Shown here: positions 16,662 to 24,784 of the stretch, in pieces
Layout of the letters: the number at the start of each line of letters is the position of its first letter
Position numbering within the stretch: position 1 is the stretch's first letter
IMG/VR virus record: IMGVR_UViG_3300037797_000133
Span: 14,597 to 78,596 of that record
Origin: a virus
Lineage: Duplodnaviria > Caudoviricetes
Reading direction: 5' to 3' (one strand)
Length of the DNA: 64,000 nt
The notes under the pieces: generated by a model
Seen by the model: the letters and a program-made list of their open reading frames with translations, nothing else
Database searches by the model: none
Told to the model about the DNA's origin: nothing
Made by a program: the position numbers and the translations under genes

Positions 16662-17638
16662 CCCGGCGCCCCGTCCCCGTGCGCTCCCTCGCGACGCGCC
16701 TGCCCGACGCCGGCCGCATCCGCATTGGCGTGAAGGTCCCGGTCCCGGGCAAGGACCGCAACGGCAACCCGAAGTCCCGGCCCGAGAAGATCGACCGGTT
16801 CCGCTTCACGAGCGCCGACCGGACGGCCCTCGACCAGGTGGCCGCCATCTACGGCGGCCAGGTCACCGAGTGGGTCGAGCCGAAGGCCGCGCCCGGCCAG
16901 TGGCAGGTCATCACCGACGCCCGCGAGATCCGGATCGCTCTGCCGCCGGACCCGCTGGGCAACACGCCCGTCTACGAGCTGTGGGCCGGTGGCGGCTGCC
17001 AGCGGCGCTGCGACGGCGAGACCGTCGAGATGCTCACCAACGGGCCCGACGGCCTCGACCTCCAGACCGCTCCGTGCATCTGCGACCGCAAGCAGGCGCT
17101 CGAGTGCTCGCTGCACACCCGCCTGTCGGTGCTGCTGCCCGAGGTCCGGTTCGCCGGCGTGTGGCGGCTGGACACGAAGTCGCAGAACGCCGCGGTGGAG
17201 CTACCCGGGATGGTGGAGCTGATCCGGTCGCTTCAGGACCGGGGGATCGTCCGGGCGACGATGCGCGTCGAGTGGCGCAAGCAGGTCCAGGCCGGCCAGA
17301 CCCGCGAGTTCGCCGTCCCGGTCCTCGGTGTCGACGACACGCTGAACGAGCTCGCGGCCGGCTCCGCCCGGCTGGGTGCCCTGTCGTCCGCTGCTGCGCC
17401 GGAGCCGATGGCCGAGCTGAACGCCGGCCCCGACCTCGACGACGAGGCAGTCGAGGCCGAGATCGTTGAGCCGACCATCTCGCCCGACGACGCCGAGTCG
17501 ATCAAGGCCCGGGTCAACGCGGGAGGCCCGGCCGTCATCAAGGCGTGGCGTACCCAGTTCGGTGTGGCCCCTGCGGATCTGCCGGCTGAGCGGTACGACG
17601 AGGCGCTCGCCTTCCTCGCCGAGGGGGTGACGGCGTGA
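16658..17638 (+). CDS. phiC31/phiBT1 gp3-like recombination directionality factor family protein
   Basis: GRIRIG...FRFTS...AAIYGG...ELWAGGGCQRRCDG...PCIC...C, matching the gp3-like pattern from memory; serine integrase in the same genome. Confidence 0.7.
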   Translation: MTRRPVPVRSLATRLPDAGRIRIGVKVPVPGKDRNGNPKSRPEKIDRFRFTSADRTALDQVAAIYGGQVTEWVEPKAAPGQWQVITDAREIRIALPPDPLGNTPVYELWAGGGCQRRCDGETVEMLTNGPDGLDLQTAPCICDRKQALECSLHTRLSVLLPEVRFAGVWRLDTKSQNAAVELPGMVELIRSLQDRGIVRATMRVEWRKQVQAGQTREFAVPVLGVDDTLNELAAGSARLGALSSAAAPEPMAELNAGPDLDDEAVEAEIVEPTISPDDAESIKARVNAGGPAVIKAWRTQFGVAPADLPAERYDEALAFLAEGVTA

Positions 17639-18000
17639 ACTTCGCCGACACGTTCGCCGAGGTGCAGCGCCTGTCCGGGCTCATCGACGAGGGCCTCGCT
17701 GCCCTGCGTACCCAGGCCCACGCCGTGGCCGAGGCGGAGCACACGTATCGACACTCGAAGGCCCGCGCTTGGCTAGAGGCACCTCGCGTCGTCGCCGGTC
17801 AGAAGATCACCGCTGGCGAGCGTGAGGCCTGGGTCGACGCTGCCACGGCTGACCAGCGCCGTGACCGCGACATGGCCGACGGCCTCCGCGCTGCCGCTCT
17901 CGAAGCGGTGCGCTCCCGCCGCACGCAGCTTTCGGCCATCCAGTCGCTCCTCGCGGCCGATCGTGCCGAAGCCGAGTTTTCGCGAACGGGGCCCCGATGA
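17635..18000 (+). CDS. helical phage protein
   Basis: GTGA coupling; amphipathic helices. Confidence 0.7.
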   Translation: MNFADTFAEVQRLSGLIDEGLAALRTQAHAVAEAEHTYRHSKARAWLEAPRVVAGQKITAGEREAWVDAATADQRRDRDMADGLRAAALEAVRSRRTQLSAIQSLLAADRAEAEFSRTGPR

Positions 18001-18470
18001 CGATGCTCCCCGGCCCCGACAAGCTCGACTGCCCCTGCGGGTGCGGCAAGTTCGGCACGCCCCGGCGCAAGGCGTGGGGCGACGGTCTTCGCCACGTCAG
18101 CCGCTGCCCCTGCCCGCGCTGCGTCGGCGGCCGCCAGAGCGGCAAGGCGCGACGCCGCGAGAACAAGGTGGCGAAGGATCTCGGCGGCCACCGCCACGCC
18201 CTCTCCGGCGGCCTGTCTGGCGCTGACGTGTCGGCCGGCTACTGGTCGTTCGAGGAGACGTCGAACGAGGCGATCGTGCGTGGCTTCCGCCGCTGGTGGA
18301 CGTCGAAGGGTGTGCGCTCGAAGCTCGCCCGCCTGTTCGCCCGCCGCGGCGAGGCCCACGCCCTCGTTCTGTCCTGGGACGGACGGCCTCAGGTGGTCGT
18401 GACGCCCTACGAGGACTTCGTCGCCCACTTCCCGCACCAGTCCACCGACGGGCCGGGAGGGGCAGCGTGA
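17997..18470 (+). CDS. possible Holliday-junction resolvase-like nuclease with N-terminal Cys cluster
   Basis: CPCGC...CPCPRC, then RRRENKVAKDLGG...SG...ADV...FEE (Hjc-like pattern, but the catalytic K is not evident). Confidence 0.4.
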   Translation: MTMLPGPDKLDCPCGCGKFGTPRRKAWGDGLRHVSRCPCPRCVGGRQSGKARRRENKVAKDLGGHRHALSGGLSGADVSAGYWSFEETSNEAIVRGFRRWWTSKGVRSKLARLFARRGEAHALVLSWDGRPQVVVTPYEDFVAHFPHQSTDGPGGAA

Positions 18471-18619
18471 GCGCCCCGGCCAAGGAGCTGCGCATCTGCG
18501 CCAACTGCCAGCACCGGCAGCACGGCCAGTGCACCTCGAACGTCTTCCCCGTGTGGGTCTGCGACTGCCTGTGCCGGCTGATCGGCACCGCCCCTGACGG
18601 CCCGAAGGACGCGGCGTGA
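18467..18619 (+). CDS. small Cys-rich protein
   Basis: CANC...C...CDCLC. Confidence 0.55.
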   Translation: MSAPAKELRICANCQHRQHGQCTSNVFPVWVCDCLCRLIGTAPDGPKDAA

Positions 18620-18777
18620 CGGCCGCCGAGGTGTGGACGTACCGGGGCCGGTCGCATCCGTTCCTGAACGCCGACGGGTCGACCGATGTTCGGGCGCTGC
18701 TGGCGCGCTGGGACGACGAGGCGAACCGCGACGCCGACCGTTCGGACCGTGAGCCGATCCGGAGGTCGGGCCAGTGA
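18616..18777 (+). CDS. hypothetical protein
   Basis: Read manually; GTGA overlaps on both sides. Confidence 0.5.
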   Translation: MTAAEVWTYRGRSHPFLNADGSTDVRALLARWDDEANRDADRSDREPIRRSGQ

Positions 18778-19151
18778 GCCGGCGCGGCGACGAGATGACG
18801 TCGCTCTCCGACGTGCGGGTGACGCCTCTCCCGGTCGCGGCCGAGCCGCACGAGCACGGCACCGTCTGGCGCTGGCGCCCCGTGCGCGACGAGGCCCGCC
18901 GGAACTGCGCCATCTGCCGTCCGGCGCTCCCGTGCTTCACCCACGGCGCCCCGACGTTCCAGTGGGCCGACTACCCGTACGGCACGCTCGGCGCCTCGCC
19001 TCCCCCTGGCGGGTTCGAGCGCTGCCAGCGCTGCACTCGCACCGACGCCGTCGCCGTGGGTGTCCACCGCGGCGAGGACCTGATCGACGGCGCCATCTGC
19101 GACCGGTGCATCGATCGCCGCTACGGCAAGCGCAACTGGGAGGCGTCATGA
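18774..19151 (+). CDS. Cys-rich hypothetical protein
   Basis: CAIC...C, CQRC...CDRC. Confidence 0.65.
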   Translation: MSRRGDEMTSLSDVRVTPLPVAAEPHEHGTVWRWRPVRDEARRNCAICRPALPCFTHGAPTFQWADYPYGTLGASPPPGGFERCQRCTRTDAVAVGVHRGEDLIDGAICDRCIDRRYGKRNWEAS

Positions 19152-19426
19152 GCGTCTCGGACGCCTTGTGGTTCCTCGCTGTCGCCGGCCCGGATGCGGC
19201 CGCCCCCGCCTTCGTGTTCGCCGCTGAGCTGAGCCCAGCGGAGAGGACCGGCGTCGGCCTGGTTCTCCTCGTCGGCCTGATCGTCGCCGCCGCCAGCCTC
19301 ACCGGCTTCGTGCTCTGGCTCGGCGATCTGCGTCGGCGCCGCAAGGCCCGCCGCGCCGTCGCCCCTGTCCTCCGCGGGCGCAGCTCGACGCGCGCCCGCC
19401 GCTTCCGCAAGGAGACCCCGAAGTGA
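19148..19426 (+). CDS. membrane protein
   Basis: TM GVGLVLLVGLIVAAASLTGFVLWL followed by a basic tail. Confidence 0.6.
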   Translation: MSVSDALWFLAVAGPDAAAPAFVFAAELSPAERTGVGLVLLVGLIVAAASLTGFVLWLGDLRRRRKARRAVAPVLRGRSSTRARRFRKETPK

Positions 19427-19683
19427 TCCCCACCCTCGCCACAACCATCGACGCCGAGTTCGGCGTGACCGGCGGCGGGATCGTCCGCCCGGTCATGCTC
19501 GGCCTCGCGGTCACCTTCGGCGCCTGGTGCATCGGCCAGCTGTGGGCCCGCCTGGAGCCTGAGGCGTACGGCCATCCGTACAGCCTCGACCGGGCCGAGT
19601 GGGACCCGGGCTACGCGACGGCGCCGTGGCAGAACGACATCACCGCCCCGCACGTCCACACCGAGCAGCGGAGGGCGTCGTGA
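19423..19683 (+). CDS. small membrane protein
   Basis: VMLGLAVTFGAWCIG helix. Confidence 0.6.
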   Translation: MIPTLATTIDAEFGVTGGGIVRPVMLGLAVTFGAWCIGQLWARLEPEAYGHPYSLDRAEWDPGYATAPWQNDITAPHVHTEQRRAS

Positions 19684-19835
19684 ACGTCTCCACGACCGAC
19701 CTCAAGATCGTCGACACGGCGGACGAGGACCCGAAGACCTGCCGCGACGGGCGCCCTGGCTGCAAGCGCGTCGCGTTCATCGACGGCCGCTGCATCGGCT
19801 GCCACGCCGCCCGGCCCGAGCGGAGGGCGTCATGA
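19680..19835 (+). CDS. small Cys/His protein
   Basis: C...C...CIGCH. Confidence 0.55.
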   Translation: MNVSTTDLKIVDTADEDPKTCRDGRPGCKRVAFIDGRCIGCHAARPERRAS

Positions 19836-20200
19836 GCGCCATCGACGACCGGCTCGAGCGAGCCCTGCACCGCGACCCCCGCCAGCCGTACACGGGCGCC
19901 GCCGAATGCGCCGAGGACGGCTGCCACTCCGACGCTCACACCCGTGGCCTGTGCTCGAAGCACTACAACCGCCAGCGGCGGGCAGCGATGCGGGCAGGCA
20001 CGTGGGTGCCCGTCCCGCAGGCCCCGCCGGTCGACTCCGAGGAGCCGGTCTGCACCTGCGCTGTCGCCCGCCCTGACGGCATCGGCGAGTGCGCGACCTG
20101 CCGCCGGGTGGTCATCGCTTCGATGGCCCCGGCGATCCGGGTCAAGGCGCTGGTCCGCTGGCCGCACCTCGCCGGCCAGACGATCGGCGGTGCGGCGTGA
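19832..20200 (+). CDS. zinc-finger protein
   Basis: CAEDGCHSDAHTRGLCSKHY motif, also present three times in the HNH gene. Confidence 0.65.
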   Translation: MSAIDDRLERALHRDPRQPYTGAAECAEDGCHSDAHTRGLCSKHYNRQRRAAMRAGTWVPVPQAPPVDSEEPVCTCAVARPDGIGECATCRRVVIASMAPAIRVKALVRWPHLAGQTIGGAA

Positions 20201-20511
20201 TCTGGCTCGCCGTCCTCGCCGGCCGGGCGTGGCTCTGGTCCTACGGGCTGAACGCCGTCTACGCCGTCGGTCTCATCGTCGGCGCCGCGGCCGGCTGGGT
20301 GGCCCGCGAGTTCGCCGGCGCCTACCTCCCCCAGCTCGACGCCGAACCCGGCGCCACCTACGGGCGCCTGGTGCGCACCACCCGCCAGCAGCTCCTCGAC
20401 CGGGTCGCCGCCCGCTCCCAGACGCTCCGCCACCGCCAGCTCGACACGGCCGAGATCGCCGCGCTCGACCTCGACGACGACGAGCTCGAGCCGAAGGTGG
20501 CGGCGGCGTGA
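20197..20511 (+). CDS. membrane protein
   Basis: Hydrophobic N-terminal half. Confidence 0.6.
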   Translation: MIWLAVLAGRAWLWSYGLNAVYAVGLIVGAAAGWVAREFAGAYLPQLDAEPGATYGRLVRTTRQQLLDRVAARSQTLRHRQLDTAEIAALDLDDDELEPKVAAA

Positions 20512-21379
20512 GCTCGAGCACCTGCACCCGTTGCGAGCTCGAGCTCGAGGCCGGCGACGAGCTCACGCGGGACGGCCTGCCGTACTGCTCGGACCGGTGC
20601 GCCGAGCTCGGCCCGAAGCCGGTGGTGCTCGAGGGGCAGCGCGCCCTGTTCGAGCTCGAGGCGACGTCGTGAGCACGCTCGAGCGAGTCGAGCTCGAGGT
20701 GGGCTACGCCGCCCCGGCCATGCCGGACTCGCCGGTGATGGCCGCCTCCAGATGGCCCACGAATGCCGAGCTCGTTGCCGACGTGGCGCGCCTTGGATGG
20801 TTGCGCTCAAGCGACACGGTGCTCGACCCGACGTACGGCCGGGGCCGCTGGTGGGCCAAGTGGCGGCCCGCCCGCCTCGTCGCGACCGACATCCGCCTCC
20901 GTGGAGCTCGAGACGCACGACCCCATGACGCCCGCTGCGACTTCCGTGCCCTGCCGTTCCGCTCGAGCTCGTTCGACGCCGTCGCATGGGACCCGGCCTA
21001 CGTCGCAGCCGGCGGCAGGAAGACGACGGGCATGGTCGACTTCCACGACCGGTACGGGATGGACGACGCCCCCGCCACGCCGGCCGAGCTCCAAGCCCAC
21101 AACAACGCCGGACTGCCCGAGCTCGTCCGCGTGCTCAAGCCCGGCGGGATCCTGCTGGCGAAGACGCAGGACTACGTGTCGTCCGGGAAGCTCTGGCCGG
21201 GCACGCACTACACCCTGACGGCCGCCCTGGAGCTCGAGCTCGAGCTCGTCGACCGTCTCGAGCACATCGGCTCCCCGCGCCCGCAGCCGCCCCGGTCTCG
21301 AGCGGACGGCCAGCCGGTGCGCCAGCAGCACAGCCGCCGAAATCTGTCGACGCTGTTCGTGTTCCGGAAGCCGCTCGAG
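20482..21379. repeat. dense cluster of GAGCTC/CTCGAG hexamers
   Basis: Hand count of 16 GAGCTC and 15 CTCGAG in about 900 bp, in several reading frames. Confidence 0.85.
20508..20672 (+). CDS. small zinc-finger protein
   Basis: CTRC...YCSDRCA. Confidence 0.6.
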   Translation: MSSSTCTRCELELEAGDELTRDGLPYCSDRCAELGPKPVVLEGQRALFELEATS

Positions 21380-21421
21380 CGACGCCGTCGCCAGCCCTCC
21401 CTGCTGGAGGTGCCGGCATGA
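20669..21421 (+). CDS. amino (m6A/m4C) DNA methyltransferase
   Basis: SAM motif VLDPTYGRG, catalytic FDAVAWDPAY (DPPY variant), LVRVLKPGG. Confidence 0.8.
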   Translation: MSTLERVELEVGYAAPAMPDSPVMAASRWPTNAELVADVARLGWLRSSDTVLDPTYGRGRWWAKWRPARLVATDIRLRGARDARPHDARCDFRALPFRSSSFDAVAWDPAYVAAGGRKTTGMVDFHDRYGMDDAPATPAELQAHNNAGLPELVRVLKPGGILLAKTQDYVSSGKLWPGTHYTLTAALELELELVDRLEHIGSPRPQPPRSRADGQPVRQQHSRRNLSTLFVFRKPLERRRRQPSLLEVPA

Positions 21422-21485
21422 ACCTGCTCCTCGCTCTGGCTGCCGCTCTCGGCATCGCCTGCACGTACGCGCTGGTGGAGCTGGC

Positions 21486-21719
21486 TCAGCTCCTCGGCCT
21501 CGGCGGGAGCGTGCTGTGAGCCCGCTCGCAGGCGGCCTTCGCTTCGTCGAGGCTGGTGTAGCGCCCGATCGGTTTGCCGGTGCGGCAGAGCACAGCGAGC
21601 CAGTGCGGCGCGAAGTCGGGTGTCAGCGTGACGGTGGCGCACATGTAGCCGTCGTCGTCGAGCATTCGCGTCTCGCCATCGCCAGCGGCTTCGCGTGCGG
21701 GGTCCCATCGGTAGGCCAT
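21486..21719 (-). CDS. isolated antisense-oriented small protein
   Basis: MAYRWDPARE...RYTSLDEAKAACE; GGAGA-like RBS; protein-like composition. Confidence 0.55.
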   Translation of the reverse strand: MAYRWDPAREAAGDGETRMLDDDGYMCATVTLTPDFAPHWLAVLCRTGKPIGRYTSLDEAKAACERAHSTLPPRPRS

Positions 21720-21811
21720 CTCGCCCACCTCTACCGCCGTCCCGTGACAGGTCGGCGCGTCGGGGCCGGCGCACCTTCTCAGACTCGCCCTCAGACCTGC
21801 GGTGGTGCGTC

Positions 21812-22141
21812 GTGAGCGAGCGTCGCTGCGGACCGCAGGTCGCCGCCCTTCGCTGGCCGGTCCAGCCGCTGCTCGACAACACGTCCCTGACGCCGTCGGA
21901 TCTGCGCACCCTGGTCGGCGGCGGCAAGTACGGGCAGCTCGTCGCCGAGGGGCTGACGGACCAGCAGGCGGACCGGTGGGCGATCCGCGGCGGCGTCCAC
22001 CCCGGCTGCGTTTGGGACTCGTGGTTCGACGCGGCGTTGACCCCGCTGGATGAGGCGCACGTGGCCGGCGGGTGGCGCCAAGCCTGGCTGTGGGCCGACG
22101 AGCAGTCCGAGCGCTGCGCCGACGAGCGGAGAGCGGCGTGA
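21812..22141 (+). CDS. hypothetical protein
   Basis: ADRWAIRGGVHPGCVW pattern; GTG after GGTGGTG. Confidence 0.6.
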   Translation: MSERRCGPQVAALRWPVQPLLDNTSLTPSDLRTLVGGGKYGQLVAEGLTDQQADRWAIRGGVHPGCVWDSWFDAALTPLDEAHVAGGWRQAWLWADEQSERCADERRAA

Positions 22142-22238
22142 GCCCTGCATCCCGGCCGCTCCATCCGGGCGGCGAGACGCTGACATCGCTGGGTGGCGTG
22201 ACGCCCACTCAGCGCTATCCCGGGGCCGAATGCCCTGG

Positions 22239-22290
22239 TAGAGTGCCCGTACACGTAGTGACCCCCGCGGTGCGTCAACACCCGGGGGTC
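22239..22290 (+). promoter_or_regulatory. extended -10 promoter plus leader hairpin with TGCGTCAACA loop
   Basis: TGG-TAGAGT, then stem GACCCCCG...CGGGGGTC. Confidence 0.6.
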
Positions 22291-22364
22291 TGCCCAACGC
22301 CGCTTGGAGGCGCTGAGATGGATCAGGTTACTTGCTGCCCGCGTACGTCCACGGGGACGACGCT

Positions 22365-22730
22365 GTGAGCGGCGACATGAAGCCCATCGCCCGCTACGAG
22401 CGCCAGATCCCTGCGCGCCTAGTGGTGCGCTTGGAGAACGGTGAGGAGTGGGACGCCGACGAGGGCGACCTGCTCCGCTTCGGGTTCTGCCGCACGGTCA
22501 CCGCCGAGTACGAGGCAGGCAACGCCATCACCCTCGCTGGCCTCGACCCCAGCGGCGACCACTCGGGTCTCCGGTACGCCATCGAGCGCGCCCTGCGCGG
22601 CGCTCCGCTCGACCCCGACGACGCCGAGGACGCTGTCGTCCTGGCGACGCTCCGCCATCAGGCCGAGCTGTTCCGTCGGGGGGTCAACCCCGACGAGTGG
22701 GAGCTTCCCGATGCCGGAGGTGCATCGTGA
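22365..22730 (+). CDS. hypothetical protein
   Basis: GTG coupled to the stop of a 16-aa upstream ORF. Confidence 0.65.
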   Translation: MSGDMKPIARYERQIPARLVVRLENGEEWDADEGDLLRFGFCRTVTAEYEAGNAITLAGLDPSGDHSGLRYAIERALRGAPLDPDDAEDAVVLATLRHQAELFRRGVNPDEWELPDAGGAS

Positions 22731-22957
22731 GCAACCTCCCTCCGATCCAGTCCGGCGAGATCTACATCCGCTGCCCCGAATGCCTGACCATCGGCTGGAC
22801 CGAAGACGACGACTCGGAGCCGATGCCCGACTGCCCGCCCTGCGGCGTGCCCGCAGAGAAGTGGCAGCCGGGCGACGAGGGCACCCCCGACGTCCGCCTG
22901 ATCGACGGCGACCCTGTCGACGCAGCGCACCACCTGACGGCGGAGGTGCAGCCGTGA
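22727..22957 (+). CDS. small zinc-ribbon protein
   Basis: CPEC...CPPC. Confidence 0.6.
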   Translation: MSNLPPIQSGEIYIRCPECLTIGWTEDDDSEPMPDCPPCGVPAEKWQPGDEGTPDVRLIDGDPVDAAHHLTAEVQP

Positions 22958-23277
22958 TGGCCGCCCACCAGGACCGCTACGCCCACCTCGGGCCGAAGCG
23001 CCGCAAGGGCCGCGTCCACGCCTTCCGCGGCTTGCAGCCCGTCACCGCGTCCGCCGCGGAGACCCGCCGGGACCGCCAGTGCCACCGCGGTGACGGCGTC
23101 CCGAAGGCACGCCTCACCGAGACCGCAGCCCGCGACCTCGCTGCCCAGTGGTACGGCTACAACGCCTACGAGTGCTCCTCGTGCGGCTGGTGGCACGTCG
23201 GCCGCATCCCCGGCCGTCTCTGGTCCGAGCCCGCCCCTGACGCTGGGGCCGAGCAGAGCACCGGAGGCGATCGATGA
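22954..23277 (+). CDS. hypothetical protein
   Basis: AYECSSCGWWHVG motif. Confidence 0.65.
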   Translation: MMAAHQDRYAHLGPKRRKGRVHAFRGLQPVTASAAETRRDRQCHRGDGVPKARLTETAARDLAAQWYGYNAYECSSCGWWHVGRIPGRLWSEPAPDAGAEQSTGGDR

Positions 23278-23795
23278 GGCCGACCCTCATCTCCGAGGTG
23301 CTCGACATGGTGGCCCGGTCGTCGATGACCCCCGCCGGCGACGACGCCGACGTGCTGCGCCAGGCGGCGGACATCCTCCGTTCGGGCCGGTCGAAGGACG
23401 GCTCTGTCGTTATCGTCGCCGGCCCGCTCCATGACCCGTGGGTGAACGAGCTGGAGGACACCGCCGACCGGGTGCGTGCCCTCTACGACGAGCTGCACGG
23501 CGTCTCCGAGCACGTCGACGACCTGCTGCGCCTGTTCCGGGAGCGGCGCGGCGACAAGCTCTGCCCGATCTGCCGCAAGCCCTCGCATCCCGGGTGCTGC
23601 GACGAGGAGGCCGCGGCGTACCGCCGTTCGCTCGGCATGGCCTACGACGGCTGGACGCCGGGTGACCGGAACGACGCCTACAAGCGTGGCCACTGGGTGC
23701 GGGGCTTCGGTGACCGCGAGCCGATGACCGAGGCGCAGCAGCTCATCCACTACGGCGAGGTCATCGTTCCTGCCGGCCCCGGAGGCGATCGATGA
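23274..23795 (+). CDS. hypothetical protein
   Basis: ATGA coupling; CPIC...HPGCC. Confidence 0.7.
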   Translation: MRPTLISEVLDMVARSSMTPAGDDADVLRQAADILRSGRSKDGSVVIVAGPLHDPWVNELEDTADRVRALYDELHGVSEHVDDLLRLFRERRGDKLCPICRKPSHPGCCDEEAAAYRRSLGMAYDGWTPGDRNDAYKRGHWVRGFGDREPMTEAQQLIHYGEVIVPAGPGGDR

Positions 23796-24190
23796 CCGCC
23801 CCCGACGTCATCCACTGCCGCGAGTGCGGACGCCCCTGGGGTGTCCGCCTCGGCCGCCCTGACGGCGCCGCAGAGGCCCGAGAGGCGCTCCTCGACGCCT
23901 ACCGGACGTTCCTCGCCGAGGACTACGGCACCGACGAGTACGCGGCCCCTGAGCTGCCCGAGCCGGAGCAGGTCGACATCGTGTTCGTGTCGGCCGCTGA
24001 CAACCGTTGGCTCGACTGGGTCGGCATCGAGTCGTGCGCCGACTCCGACACCTGGAACCGGGCCGATCACCTGCCCGAGATGCCGAAGTGGTGGAACGGG
24101 TTCAAGCGGGCCAAGCCGGCGCTCTGGTGGGACTGCTGCCAGCTCGACCCGGTGCCGCTCGCCCTCGCCAGCGAAGGGGGCGACCAGTGA
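23792..24190 (+). CDS. hypothetical protein
   Basis: ATGA coupling; Trp-rich. Confidence 0.7.
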   Translation: MTAPDVIHCRECGRPWGVRLGRPDGAAEAREALLDAYRTFLAEDYGTDEYAAPELPEPEQVDIVFVSAADNRWLDWVGIESCADSDTWNRADHLPEMPKWWNGFKRAKPALWWDCCQLDPVPLALASEGGDQ

Positions 24191-24384
24191 CCTGCCCCAC
24201 CTGCCACTACCGCGATTGCACCCCCGAGGGTCTGGAGTACGAACCCGCAGCTGCCGGTGACGGCGTCGCGGTCCTCGTCTGCCCTTGCACCAGCTGCCAC
24301 ATGGACGTGCCTGTCGACGACCGGGTGTTGGCCGCCGAGGTGCGGATCCACCACGCGCTCGCCGCCATGGGGGTCCAGCCGTGA
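24187..24384 (+). CDS. small Cys-rich protein
   Basis: CPTCHYRDC...CPCTSC. Confidence 0.55.
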   Translation: MTCPTCHYRDCTPEGLEYEPAAAGDGVAVLVCPCTSCHMDVPVDDRVLAAEVRIHHALAAMGVQP

Positions 24385-24521
24385 CCGCCCCTCGATGCGG
24401 CACCCGATTCGGCAAGCGCCGCCAGTACACGTGCAAGCGCCTGCCCCGGCATCGGGGACCCCACCGGTTGCGGGCCACCGCCGCCGAGCTCGCGGCGCTG
24501 CTCCGGAGGGCGCGGCGATGA
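24381..24521 (+). CDS. small Cys/His basic protein
   Basis: CG...C...HRGPH. Confidence 0.5.
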   Translation: MTAPRCGTRFGKRRQYTCKRLPRHRGPHRLRATAAELAALLRRARR

Positions 24522-24784
24522 CCGCTCGCACCCTCCTCGCCACCTGCGCCCTCGCTCTGGCCGCGTGCTCGTCCTCGAGCGCGCCGCCGGCAACCACGAC
24601 CACCACCGAGCCCGAGACCCGCTTCTGGGTGGGCCACGCCGGCGGCAACGAGACCCAGGTGTGCGTCGAGCACCCGGACGGCGACGACACCACCACGACG
24701 TGCGCCCCCTGCTACTGGCCTGACGGGGACCCGTCGGCCGGCTCGTGGGTGGAGTGCGAGCGTTTCGACGAGGAGGGGTCGTGA
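24518..24784 (+). CDS. lipoprotein
   Basis: Lipobox ALAAC, Ser/Thr linker, four further Cys. Confidence 0.7.
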   Translation: MTARTLLATCALALAACSSSSAPPATTTTTEPETRFWVGHAGGNETQVCVEHPDGDDTTTTCAPCYWPDGDPSAGSWVECERFDEEGS

